NCBI GenBank assembly: GCA_012295275.1
Contig: CM022670.1
Span: forward strand, 10,292,001 to 10,356,000
DNA: 64,000 nt
Direction: 5' to 3'
From: Chrysomallon squamiferum
Lineage: Eukaryota > Animalia > Mollusca
Shown here in pieces: positions 28,855-41,877 of this stretch. A model generated the notes under the pieces. The model did not search any database, was not told where the DNA came from, and saw nothing but the letters and a program-made list of their open reading frames with translations. Every line of letters starts with the position of its first letter. Position 1 is the stretch's first letter. The translations under genes were made by a program, and so were the position numbers.

Positions 28855-30361
28855 CAGAAAATGCACAGACACTTGAATGAAATAATTAATTAATTAATTA
28901 ATTAAAATAAGGAAGAGTATAAATAATTTAAATGTTTCTAATATTTGAAGGTGATACAAGACAGCTGTATGAATTCTCAGTGTGAACAAGGTCGTGAATG
29001 TCTGACAAATCGTAGAAAAGAAATTCGATGTGTTCCTAAAATGTCTCCAAGAGCGACCCAAAAAAGTAAGTAGAATAATATCTTCCGTTTGTTGGTTTAG
29101 ACATGAAATTAATCGAATACTGTCTCTACACATTTCTATATTAATGGGATTTTTGTTTGTTTTTTCTCTCGTATAATCTGAGAGAGGAAATACGCTGTTG
29201 TTTTTCATGATTTAGCTGCAAAGAATATTTTATGTAAACCTTCCCATAAACTGGTACATAATAAATGAAACGTAATGACTGAATGGTTATTTATAATCTG
29301 CATGTATTGTATTTCATGTAATTATAACCTTCATTAAGAAAACAAAAAAAGAAGTTTATGTAACAAATAAACAAATAAAAAATAAATAAATAAAACTGAT
29401 AAATAATAACATTTAGAAAATATTCTAAAATATTCACTAAAATTACAATTCCATTCGTTTTCCACGTTTTTCGTAAAATCGATTCTAAACAAAACAAAAT
29501 CGATTCTCAGATCTGGGTCCCGTACTCATTTTTCTTTATTTGTAATTAACCAGCTAAATCTCTACATTTACATTTCAGATCAGGACAGACACAGATTCAA
29601 GAAACTGCTGCATCAGTCGACCTACTCAGTCGGTCCCAAAAATAAATTCATACAAGACATTGTCGTCATAAAAAGATATATTTTTATAGCGTTATTATCA
29701 GTGCAAACTCTTTTCCGGTATGTTGCGGTAAACAACACATTACTGCTGAAAAATTCGAGAGATTTAGAATCCGGAAAGTTCTTATGTCATATGATCTCAT
29801 TCGGCAAGAAAAGTATTCTTTGTTTATTCAACGCCTACGGTTTATACGTGTATAACATCAATCTGACCCGAATCGGGTTTATAGAGACAAGTTACGGTTA
29901 TCAACTTATAGCGGCTGTTAGCGACACCGTAATTGTCGGTTATGTTGAAAAATTGATTCATTTTCTAACCATAAAAGATAACAAAATTATTTCTCTGAGA
30001 GCAATGCAGTCGAAAGAAGAAATAAATTACTTTGTTGCTACAGTGGATCTTAATATTCTGTATATAAATCCTGGGAAATCAGCCATAGTATGTGTCAATC
30101 AAACTGGGTATCAGCTCTGGAGTGCGACCGCCTCTTTTTCAAATTACTATTTGGCGACAACAAAAACGGCAGCCACGTATTCTTTGTTAGTTAGGTAGTA
30201 AAGAGAAATCTCTAACTTATCTGAAGGACGAAGGGAAAACGATTGTGAAACTAGTTTCAAACGTGTTTCCTGAAAAAAACTCACGAAAAATGGTGATAGA
30301 TGAATTCGGAACGCTTTATGTTACATCCCTTCATACTGTTGACATTTTTGTGTTTGACTGA
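28288..30361 (+). pseudogene. Gene B3: B paralogue with two 1-bp deletions near the 3' end; exons 28288..28524, 28951..29065, 29579..30361 (homologous stop)
   Basis: Open until ~30162, where 'caaaaacggc' replaces B1 'cgaaaaacggc'. A second missing base lies at ~30193 (tta-ggt vs B2 ttacggt). The premature stop at 30198 removes the last ~65 aa. Could be a truncated allele or a sequencing error. Confidence 0.7.
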
Positions 30362-30752
30362 GTTGAGTTTGCATATAATCGCTTGTACCTATCTACGTAT
30401 CTACTTACGTACGTAGATACACGAACACAGAAAAAAACATACACGCATATATACAACACAAAATGAAAAACAATGTAAACAGGGCTGACGAAATTATGTT
30501 TCCGTTTTTTGCATGATCGGACAAATGGTTTCTGAGATACAGAAATTTTGAAAAAAAGAACATAACACACCCATCAGCTTGTCAGTATTGTTGAAACGGG
30601 TATTTCTAGAAAGGTCATTTATTATTGATTCTGAAAATGACATTATCTTTTTACGTTGGGATAATTTAAAGGGTGATAACCTTTTAAAATTTTACTTTGA
30701 CTTTGAATTTGACGCGGAGGTTGACGTGATCTTGAAATGACCATGTCCCAGT

Positions 30753-31020
30753 GATGACTGGATAAAAATTCACAGGGAAATAATCACAGAAAAAAAATTC
30801 ACAAGTTAGTGTAGGAAAAAAAGAATCACAGGAAAAAAGGTCACAAAATGTATGGGTTTGAAGAGTACTGAATGTGGCATCAAAGTATGCCTGGGGTAAT
30901 TGTTAAGCTTATTGATTAGACTTGATTGAAGAAAGGGGCTTCATATTGTGCAGGGGTGGTGACTTGTTACATTTATTTTTTTCTGTCACTTTTTTTTCCT
31001 GTGACTTTTTCCCTAGAATC
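30753..31020. mobile_element. 268-bp MITE with imperfect TIRs and 8-bp target-site duplication (hAT- or MULE-like)
   Basis: Flanked by gtcccagt (30745-30752) and gtcccaat (31021-31028). The ends GATGACTGGATAAAAATTCACAGG and CCTGTGACTTTTTCCCTAGAATC are inverted, with repeated AAAA.TCACA motifs. Paralogous sites at ~10255 and ~24073 are empty (ccatgtcccagttac). Confidence 0.8.
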
Positions 31021-31828
31021 GTCCCAATTACCGTAAATACCAATTTTCAGCAAAATCGGAGAGAGTGAGCTTTCTTTTTTCCACTTATTTGGGGTAATTT
31101 AATACGGAGTGTATACGCACATATACACGTCCACTCACACATACTTACCTACCTACCTAGATACATACATATATACATATACATACGCACATTTATCCAT
31201 ACATACGTACATACCTATATTTGAATGAGAACAAATACTATAATTTTGTATTTGAAATTCTAAAATATTGCCACCTGTTTCTTTGTTGTTATTATTTAGT
31301 CATTTAGTAGTAATCGCTGTTAAGTAATAATCGTTGTACTTATAGTTGTAATAGAAACAACTAGTTGTAGTAGCACTAGTGGTAGCAGTAGCAGTAGAAG
31401 TAGTAATGTAAGAAGAACTAAATATTAAAAATAAATGAATAAATTAACTTTGTGTGTATTTTCTGTTGTAATCTGGTGTAATTTATTTTATCATTAAAGT
31501 GTTATTTGTTAAAATCGCACTGCGTTGCTTATGTTTAATTAAAATTAGTTTAACACAAACGTACACACACGTGCACGCACACACAACCACACTGGATGCA
31601 TAATTCTTCTTTTAATAACATTTACATATAATTTTCTTTTTGATATCATTTACGTGTTTCGTTTAATAGCATTTGCATATGTAATTGTTTTCTGTTATTT
31701 CCGTTTACATAAATCATTTGTTTTCTTTTAATGCCATTAATATGTATATATATTTTCCTATCTAAATTTCAAGTCAGTTATTCCAAACAAATTATTAATG
31801 ATCAAACACTGTATTATCTAAAACTGAC

Positions 31829-31885
<57 letters not shown>

Positions 31886-33039
31886 AAAATAACTGAGGAA
31901 AATACAGTTTTAATGTTGTTGTTATAGTTCTACTGAATAATAAAATTATGAGCAGAGATAATTTTTATCTAAAGAACCGCTTAATTGCTAAACATATTCA
32001 GTTAAAAAAGCTGCAATATTAAAAATGCTTTTGGTTAGATTGCGCCCCAAAACCCGAGTTTTTGCATATTTTATTTTATTTTATTTTATTATTATTTTTT
32101 TTAAATCTATTTTTTAAGACGGGATTGTCACCTGACGTTTACAAAATACGTTTATCAAAATATACTTAAAAGACTGAGGATATAAAATCTGTTTTTAATT
32201 CATTCGCCTTCCACTTTTTATAATGATGTGATCGCGCGACTCCTTTCACAGATAGGGTGGTTTACTAGTAGTAAGACACTTGCTGTGCTGAAGAAGTGCA
32301 TCTGTTGCTGTCAGTGAACAAACAGGTTGTCAGAATAGCTAATATGAAATAGTGAATTAATTAGTACTCCCTTCATCTATGATATTGAATTAGTAATACC
32401 ATAACGAAGGCACAATGAAATATAAAAATTAAAATAAATATCAAAAATGGCTGTTAAAGAATTGTTTGCTCCTAATGTATACCACTGAATATGTAAACTA
32501 TTTCTTTTTGGTAGTACATTAATAATAATCCATATGTAACGACTGATTATCAAATACATTTTTTTAATAAACCTCTAACAAAACGACAAGTTAAGTCTGA
32601 TAATAATCAGCCTAACTAAATTAATTCACTAATGCATTATAGAATTTCGGGTTTAACGATAATCTTGACACCTTTAGTGTTATCAGATTATTAACTGTTG
32701 ACATAAGTTGTTTATCCTATTACAAACCACGTATTGTGGATTAAGAGACAAGTATATGGCCATGTCAGATTATGTTTATGAAATGCCTGCTTGAGCCATT
32801 TTCTGATGAAAACACCTCACCTATGTTATCTTGTAGCCTTTTAGTTGACCGAGAAAAAGAAGGAGTGTTACCTTACTGCGGTAGTAGTAGTAGTAGTAGT
32901 AGCAGCAGTACTAGTAGTAGTAAAGTAATATTAATAATAATAATATTATTGGTGGTAATAATAGTCTTGGTAGGAATAATGGAAGAAGTAGGAGTGGTAA
33001 TGATAGTAGTAGTAGTTGTAACAACAGGAGTGGTAGTAA

Positions 33040-34570
33040 TAGTATAGTGTTACAGTGTTGTAATAATAGTAGTAGTATAGTGTTACAGTGTTGTAGTAAC
33101 AGTAATAGTGTAGTGTTACAGTCCTGTAGTAACTGTAATAGTGTAGTGTTCCAGTCCTGTAGTAACAGTAATAGTGTAGTGTTACAGTCCTGTAGTAACA
33201 GTAATAGTACAGTGTTACAGTACTGTAGTAACAGTAATAGTACAGTGTTACAGTACTGTAGTAACAGTAATAGTGTAGCGTCACAGTAGTGTAGTAACAG
33301 TAACAGTACAGTGTTTCAGTAATAGTGTAGTGTTCCAGTCCTGTAGTAACAGTAATAGTACAGTGTTACAGTACTGTAGTAACAGTAATAGTGTAGCGTC
33401 ACAGTAGTGTAGTAACAGTAATAGTACAGTGTTTCAGTAATAGTGTAGTGTTACAGTACTGTAGTAACAGTAATAGTATAGTGTTACAGTACTGTAGTAA
33501 CAGTAATAGTATAGTGTTACAGTGTTGTAGTAACAGTAATAGTAGTGTTACAGTACTGTAGTAACAGTAATAGTATAGTGTTACAGTACTGTAGTAACAG
33601 TAATAGTGTAGTGTTACAGTCCTGTAGTAACAGTAATAGTGTAGTGTTCCAGTCCTGTAGTAACAGTAATAGTACAGTGTTTCAGTAATAGTGTAGTGTT
33701 ACAGTACTGTAGTAACAGTAATGGTGTAGTATTACAGTACTGTAGTAACAGTAATGGTGTATTTACAGTACTGTAGTAACAGTAATAGTGTAGTAACAGT
33801 AATAGTGTAGTGTTACAGTACTGTAGTAACAGTAATAGTGTAGCGTCGCAGTACTGTAGTAACAGTAATAGTGTAGTGTTACAGTCCTGTAGTAACAGTA
33901 ATAGTGTAGTGTTACATTGTTGAAGTAACAGTAATAGTGCAGTGTTACAGTGTTGAAGTAACAGTAATAGTGTAGTGTTACATTGTTGTAGTAACAGTAA
34001 TAGTGCAGTGTTTCACTGTTGTAGTAACAGTAATAGTGTAGTGTAGTAACAGTAATAGTGTAGTGTTCCAGTCCTGTAGTAACATTGTTACATTGTTGAA
34101 GTAACAGTAATAGTGTAGTGTTACAGTGTTGTAGTAACAGTAATAGTGCAGTGTTTCACTGTTGAAGTAACAGTAATAGTGTAGTGTTACAGTCCTGTAG
34201 TAACAGTAGTAGTGTAGTGTTCCAGTCCTGTAGTAACAGTAATAGTGTAGTGTTACAGTCCTGTAGTAACAGTAATAGTGTTGTGTTACAGTGTTGTAGT
34301 AACAGTAATAGTATAGTGTTACAGTGTTGTAGTAACAGTAATAGTGTAGTGCTACAGTACTGTAGTAAGAGTAATAGTCAGGTGTTATAGTCCTCTAGTA
34401 ACAGTAATAGTGTAGTGCTTGAGTACTACAGTAACAGTAATAGTATAGTGTTACAGTGTTGTAGTAAAGTAGTAATACAGTATTACAATGTTTTAATAAC
34501 AATAACAATATAGACGTATGTGTTATAGTAACAATAGTAATAGTATTGTGTTATAGTGTTGTAGTAACAG
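33040..34570. repeat. 33-bp minisatellite, ~45 degenerate copies; consensus TGTAGTGTTACAGTACTGTAGTAACAGTAATAG
   Basis: Directly visible head-to-tail repeats with no spacers. It generates the periodic (VVLQxCSNSNS)n ORFs. Confidence 0.95.
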
Positions 34571-34743
34571 TAGCACTGTTGGTTACAATATTAATACACT
34601 AGCTGAATGAAAGTATTTATATTACAAGCGGTGAAAATTGTTACTACTGGATGAAAATTGTTAGTTGCTGTTGTTATGACAGAAGTAGTGTCAAACTGGT
34701 ACGATGACAGCAGTAACAGCGTGCATCATGATCGAAACCTTTA

Positions 34744-34790
<47 letters not shown>

Positions 34791-35568
34791 TCCACTTATG
34801 TTGACAAATAATTCTTACCATTAGTAATGAAAGGACGACGACTTTGTCAATAAATGTATTTTATTCTTGCTTCGAAGTATATTACGTGTGTGTGTGCGTA
34901 ATTACATATGCGCTTGTGTATGTCTGTGAATGAAGAATATTTCTTTTGTACGTGCATGTGTATATTTGTGTGTATAAAAGTATATACCACATCAGTGCAA
35001 AGAAAAAAAGAGACAAAAGAGAAACGGAGATAGAAGGAGAGAAAGAAAAATAAAAAAACGAGAGAAAACTAGAGACAGTGTGAGTATGATACGACGTCAT
35101 GTGATATAACTATTATTACATTATTTTGTTCAGTGTATACAGAAGTCTGTGGAAATAAAGCTACTCGACGTCGACTGATTTCTTTCAGATCCAGTAATCA
35201 ACAAGTGCAGGCCAACGAATCGTGTTACAGGTTCAACCTATTCGACCTTTCCTTACAGATATGAGAACGAAAAGAGCAGCATTATTATTTATTAGCCGTT
35301 ATTTCATCAGCTGGCGACTGGGTGGTACGAATCAGACTTCCTCTTTAGCGGTCAGTTATTTCTCAGCGAAGGAAATCTCGTCACTTTGAAGTCACCGATT
35401 GCATGACTGGTTCTCAATGTCAAAAAAAGTTTAAAAAAATAAAAAAAAAAAAAAAAAAAATTAAATTAAAAAATTAAATAAAATTAAAAGTAAAAAGGAT
35501 AAAGGTTAAATAATAATAATAATAATAACAACAGCAACAGTAACAACAACAACAACAACAACAACAAC

Positions 35569-35626
<58 letters not shown>

Positions 35627-36115
35627 GCAAGAACAACAACATCAACAACAATAACTAACTAACTAACTAAATAAATAAATAAAGGATGAAATAAATAAAA
35701 AAATAAAATTAGTAAAAAATAAAATAAAATGATTATCTCAATAGTTAATAATCTGATAACAGTAAAAGTGTCAAGATTATCGTTATACGCGAAATTATGT
35801 AAGGCATATGTAAATTAGTTAGGGTGATTAATTATGCCTGCTGTTCAGAAATGCTGAAATTTCCCATAACTTATCTACCGCCCCGCCTCTATTAATGAAA
35901 CAGTGTTTATTATTTAATTTTTATTTTATTTTGAGATATCTTAATGGTCCATTCATTGGCCTCAGAACACGGGAGCCTGCGATATCAGTTGAAGATAATG
36001 TTAGATATGAGCTTTAGTAGATTAGTTATGGAACAGTTGATTTACTGATATTATATCTAATTAATTTTAATATGAACTTTTACAGTCTCTTTCTTTGTCG
36101 CTGTCTTTTTCTTTG

Positions 36116-36215
<100 letters not shown>

Positions 36216-36338
36216 AAAAGTAAGAGAAAGAAAGAAAAAGAGAACAAATAAATGCATGTTTCTATAAAATATTCCTGTAGAGAGATACAGAGAGTGACAG
36301 ATCTATACATAAGCGGAGAGAGAGACAGATAGATAGAT

Positions 36339-36406
<68 letters not shown>

Positions 36407-36854
36407 TAGGGACAAATGATTATATATAATGTGTTATTAGCCGTTATATATATGTCTCTTTGTGTATTCGTATTTATATACAAAAAAATCCATATAGGTA
36501 TATGGTTTTCTAGCTGTATCTACATTTTTGTACTTGTCTGTTTCCATGTATTATGTACATTATTAATATGTTTATCTGAGTGTGTGAATGTCACAGTAGT
36601 TTTATCTTTATCGACTGATTCCAGCCTTGGGCTCACCGCTATGACAAAGACGAAAGATTAATCAGCAAGATCGTGTTTTAAATCCAGCTCATTTATTCAT
36701 CGAAACATGTTTATCGACTTTAAAATACGAAGCACGTTGTTTGTCATAAATAAAAAGCTCTTAGGGCTTATGCTTATTTTTATTTGTTTATGTTTATGGA
36801 TGTGTGTTGATTATAAGGGTATATATTATGTGTGTGACTATGTGACTATATATT

Positions 36855-36908
<54 letters not shown>

Positions 36909-39824
36909 ATGTATAAAGGTTTAAGTTACAATGGCAGATTTAGAGATAGAAAAACAGATTAAGTATGAGAAAAGGAAAAAAGGCAGATGAATGAATAAAG
37001 TTAGAAAGAGAGAGGGAAAGAGAAAAGGAGAATGAAAAAGGAGAGGGCGAGAAAAAGAAAGAGAGAGACAGAAAACTCTTTTTTCCCGTTGCATCTAGTA
37101 TTTGGTTTGTTTTCATGTCATTTATTTGGTTTGTTTCCATGTCTTTAGCAGAATGTGCATTAAAATAGATTGATATGGGTAATATATAAAAAGAAACAAA
37201 TGGTTTAATTGTAAATTCTGTCTATTTTAAATAATTCAACAACCATTCATTGATTCATTTGCATGGTTATAGTTATCTATGTTTGTAAAATGTATGGTAT
37301 TCTGAAGTTTAATTTTAATAACTTAAAAAAGAGACAATAACAGACAAAGAGAGAGAGGAATGAAAATTTAAAAAATACTGTCCACGTTAGGAAAGGCAAC
37401 ACAGTTTATGACCGAAAATAGTATTAAACTATCTGGTTTGGGGAATTACCCTTTCAGATTTCATTTTTCTGCTGCTTAAAAGCGTCTAAATCGTTCAGGA
37501 AGTATGACGCTGCTTTTTTGTTTTTGCGACGTTGTCTTTTCACAAATATGAGTCCCATTCAATGTGAATCGGAGGACAGAGAGAGATAGAGAGAAAAAAA
37601 GAAGAAGAAGAAAAACAGTGATACGGCGAGAGGGTGGGCTTGACGGGTTATTGCTCTGTTTGCGCGTTGTATACTGAGGCTGGGTGTGGATGTTGCCCTA
37701 GTTTCCCAGTGATTGTTACTACAGTACACTCTACACGGGGTGCTCGGGTTTTATATCAAATGGCTACAACCGAATACACTTAATTTATTTTTCTGAATGT
37801 AACTGTATCGAAACTATTATAGTTTGGTCCTCTGGCAATCCGTTCGTGATGTCTGATCTACGTGACTTTAAAAAAAAAAAAAAAAAAATGTTCTTTTTCC
37901 TTTCCAGTTGAAACGAAAAGGTCATTTTTGCATTTTAACATCACGGATTTCTTGCATCAGCTAGTAGGTCACTTTGTTTATTTTATTAAGCTCACAATTT
38001 CTCTTTGTAAAATATCTCCCGAGCGGAGGTTTGACCTAGAAAAAGAAGTTAAGCCATGGAAGGGTTTTTCTTGAAAGTATACTGTATAAAATAATATAAA
38101 GAACATTAGTATCGGACTGCTATATTTTCAGATACATACACTGAAAAAGTGATAAACGGGGAAAAATGAGGATAGAATGGAAGCCTAATATCGATACACT
38201 CTTTATTTAAACATTTGATTGAACAAAGACACATATGACATTATTACGTATTTGAAAATACAAAGAATACGAAATCTGTGATTCAAAGGTGAACAGCCAT
38301 CATTCTGTTTGACAACCCAACGTATTTGATGTATTTCTATGTCTATGAGCATTTGAAAGCAAAAAAATGACATATTTAGTAAACATTAATCCCAATTATT
38401 AACGATATATAAATTGAAATCTTTAAAAATAAAAATAAAAAATAGCGATAGTTTTAAATTATCGATGCATATTCTTTTAACTTTTTATGGCATGGCCAGC
38501 ACAACACCAAACATCTTTTTCTGATAATTATATTATTATAACAAATCAGACATTGTTTTGCCTGTTCTCTGGCAAAATTTACAATTGTTATTCTGACTAA
38601 TGGCTTGATAGATAAGAACAACCAAAATCGGAGATTAATTATTAACCGCTTTGAGTATTTTATCGGAAGAGCAAAGACTCCAAAGATAACTTTGCCACCA
38701 TTATTGAAAGCAACAGGTTTGTTTCAAAGAAGTTCAGTGGCAAGCATAATTAGATCTTTCCTCTGTTCGCCTAGCTCTACCGAAACTTATATCAAAACCA
38801 GAAGCACCAGTAGTTATGCACAAACCAAAGTTTCTTCATAATGCTGGAAACAAGAAGCCGTATTCCTTAATTTATTTCAAACAGTATATTAGCTCAAACA
38901 AATTACTCAAGCGTAGGAAATTTAATTTATGCGCATTCTTGGAATTACTGACCTATTTGCACGCTGCCCCCACAATAGCAGGCAATTGTTACAGATAAAA
39001 GTGAAACTGCAAAGTACATTTTCTTCCTGATTAAGCTATTTAAATAAACGTCCCGTTTCCTCAGACAGTGACCTGTTTAACGATCTACATATAAACATAA
39101 CGGCACCCTTCGTTGAACAGCACAAAACCCAGCATTAGCATATCGGTTTGCACGTTTGTGTGTTTGTGCGTGTATTCGTGTGCATGTGCGTGTGGATGTA
39201 CATAAAATATGTTGTTTTCATTCCCATTTCTATCGCCATTATTGAAGTACAAATGGCATGTGAAGCGATATTGATTAATATATATATATATATGAATCAA
39301 TAATTTAAATGTTAGTAAAGATTAAATGGTTGATGTGTAATTTTCAGTGAATGAATATTTAACAGCATCTCGGTATAAAATAAATAAATAAATAAATAAA
39401 TCTATCGTCTAACGTCTTCCAACACAAAACGATGAATTGAAATTTAGAAATTACATATAAACTATTGATATATCTATCACCCGTCTCGTTATTCTTAACC
39501 GCTGTACTTCCTACAGCCCATATATTAATATTTCAGGCATTACATTAAGAGACATTTCCATTATGGAGGTCAAACTGGGACTCCATGAAAATAAACAGTC
39601 ACTGCTGTAATAGAAAACCTCCTGCATGTATCTATGCAAACAACGACAGCGTGATGTGTAAATGGTGTTTCTATAGCGTTCGTGCTTGATGTTGTGTTGA
39701 ATTATGTACACTAATGAATTACTTATGTATTATTCATGTCTGCTTAAACATTCTGCGGAGGATTCGATCCGTCGTGTCTTTGTGAAGGCATTGAAGGGAA
39801 TGTACCCGTAACATTTTTTCAATA

Positions 39825-39908
39825 ACTCGTACGCATGCGCATATTACTCCAGTGCATTTCCATTTCCGGCTTTAGGCATCAGTTATCCTTTCAGATAACA
39901 GTAACAAA

Positions 39909-39947
<39 letters not shown>

Positions 39948-40576
39948 AAATAAAATACATTATAAAGAAGGAGAAGAAGAAGAAAGAAAAAAAAAAAAAG
40001 AAGAAGAAGAAGAATAAAAAATTATAAATAAATATGTTACTGAGGCAAATAATCCCCAATATAACTGTTAGAAAAAAAAAAAAAACTTTTCATTTTCGCT
40101 AAATCCCCTATTTTGCCCCTTTCTCTTTTCGCTCAGTATAGATGATGCAATTTCAACCATGTATTTCAGCGTACATGTTGGGCGACAATGTCAGTGAATG
40201 GCTACAAGAAACAGCCAGTGTTTGAGACTTGTCTTCCTCTGCGCACAGAAAGATGATACTTTATTTTAATTTTTTTTTTCTATTAATAAAAAAAAAAAAA
40301 AAAAAAAAAAAGTATGCCCTGCACTTTGTCGTCTGATACCTAGTCAAATATGATACATATATAAAGAATAGAGTTATGGGAAGATCAATAAGGCGACGGT
40401 TCGGTTTCTGGGAGAGGAAATGGGAAGCACATAAATACGGTTCTTTATTGCGGTTGGACTTAGTCGGGTGGTTATATTGTACTGAAGAACACCAAGGCAG
40501 ACACATCCCGCACTCGAAACTGACTCCCAGCTGGTCACAGCTCAGCTTAGCGAGATACCACTGTCCAAACAAAGAG
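39825..40576 (+). promoter_or_regulatory. Candidate TPMT promoter and non-coding first exon ending at donor 40576|40577
   Basis: NRF1-like ACGCATGCGCAT (~39831) and ETS-like TTCCGG (~39864). A locally GC-richer stretch at 40390-40576 ends in the consensus donor AAAGAG|GTAAGT. TPMT coding exon 1 is preceded by an acceptor at 45924, so an upstream exon is expected. Confidence 0.4.
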
Positions 40577-40908
40577 GTAAGTCAGTGGCTGACATATAAA
40601 TACATATATATATATATTTATTTTATTTATTTTGTTGATTTTATTTTATTTAAGTGACATTTGATAAAAGATGAGTTTTATTCTGTGGGCGCTAGGCGTT
40701 GATCAATAGATGGAAGTATTGAAGATTTAAAAAAAAAATGTTTTGATGGTTTTGTTATGTTAGATTAATATTTGATAGGGTTTATATTATTCTAATTGAT
40801 CTTAATTAATCTGTTAATTAATAATTAATTCTGTAATTTTATGTTTGCGTTTTTTTGAGCCTGGTGCCATTGCTTTTAAATAGAATTTTTATTTTTCTTG
40901 TTTGGCCA

Positions 40909-40940
<32 letters not shown>

Positions 40941-41090
40941 GCAACTACCTACTTCTTCAATGTGATCATTTGTGATACCGCCATGGCAGTTTGAATATAC
41001 ATTATATCTCCTACTAGGGTGTGGCTCAAATCAGGCGCAAATCATCACAAGAGCAAAAAAAAAAAAAATAATAATAATAAAAAAATAAAC

Positions 41091-41123
<33 letters not shown>

Positions 41124-41845
41124 TTATAATTTAAAAAGTAAAATGAATTTAAAAAAAAATAAAAAAATAAAAAAATATGATAGAAAAATATTTTTGCTGC
41201 GGTCTACTCCCGCTCTGGCTGTGTCTTCCTCAAAGCTCGCATTTGCCCAACCCAGCCATCTTTAAATCCTACAATTTTTTTTATCCTTGTCAGTGTTATG
41301 TGCTTTTATGCGTATCATAATCTAAATATCAAGACACATTTTTATCTTATTTTAAAAAAAAAATAATTTTTTAATTGTTGGGACATATTATTTTGTATCA
41401 TCTCATATTTTTGTTTTTTAACTTTTATAAACATGTCGTCATATCATAAAACTTCTATTCGTTCATATCAGCCGCTTCGGTATACTGTGATTAATGTACG
41501 CCTTCGAGGTTTCCGCGGTTGTTGGTTTTTTTCGTTTTTTTTTCTTCATTGAAAATTGCATAAACATCATCTTTCCAACCGCGAGCATAATGCGAGAAGA
41601 CTGTACAAAACAGCTTTTATTCAGCCATCATGCGCTATCACGAATAGAGGCAGGGCAATTTATTGCCATTTTAACAATTCACGAGAGGCATTCATTTAAT
41701 ATGTCAAGGACAACCAGTTTAAATCTCAGCCGAAGTTATTTACTTAATCAACATCAAGTGCGGGCGATTACGTGGAAAATGAAATAAAATGAAACCTTGG
41801 ATAATAATGCGACGTAACATGAACTATTTTTAAATAATAATAATA

Positions 41846-41877
<32 letters not shown>

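Larger units (their letters stand above)
26310..32190 (+). repeat. Older, more diverged third unit containing B3, without Tigger insertions
   Basis: 26310-26560 matches ~5000-5280, 27600-28290 matches ~7290-7910, 30360-31690 matches ~9915-11210, and 31780-32190 matches ~2815-3340. Confidence 0.75.

Noticed and set aside
33040-34570. 33-bp repeat as a CRISPR array, or as a Cys/Ser-rich repetitive protein
   Set aside because: Units are head-to-tail with no unique spacers, there are no cas genes, and the DNA is eukaryotic. Frames are broken repeatedly by stops and indels.
35160-35420. GC-richer islands with splice-like sites (also ~37620-37750, 38600-38990, 59290-59420)
   Set aside because: No recognisable coding frame or consistent exon chain could be built by eye.
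40376-40657. 93-aa ORF as an N-terminal extension of TPMT
   Set aside because: Splicing 40576 to 45925 meets an in-frame TGA at 45928, and there is no recognisable homology. At most it is a uORF.
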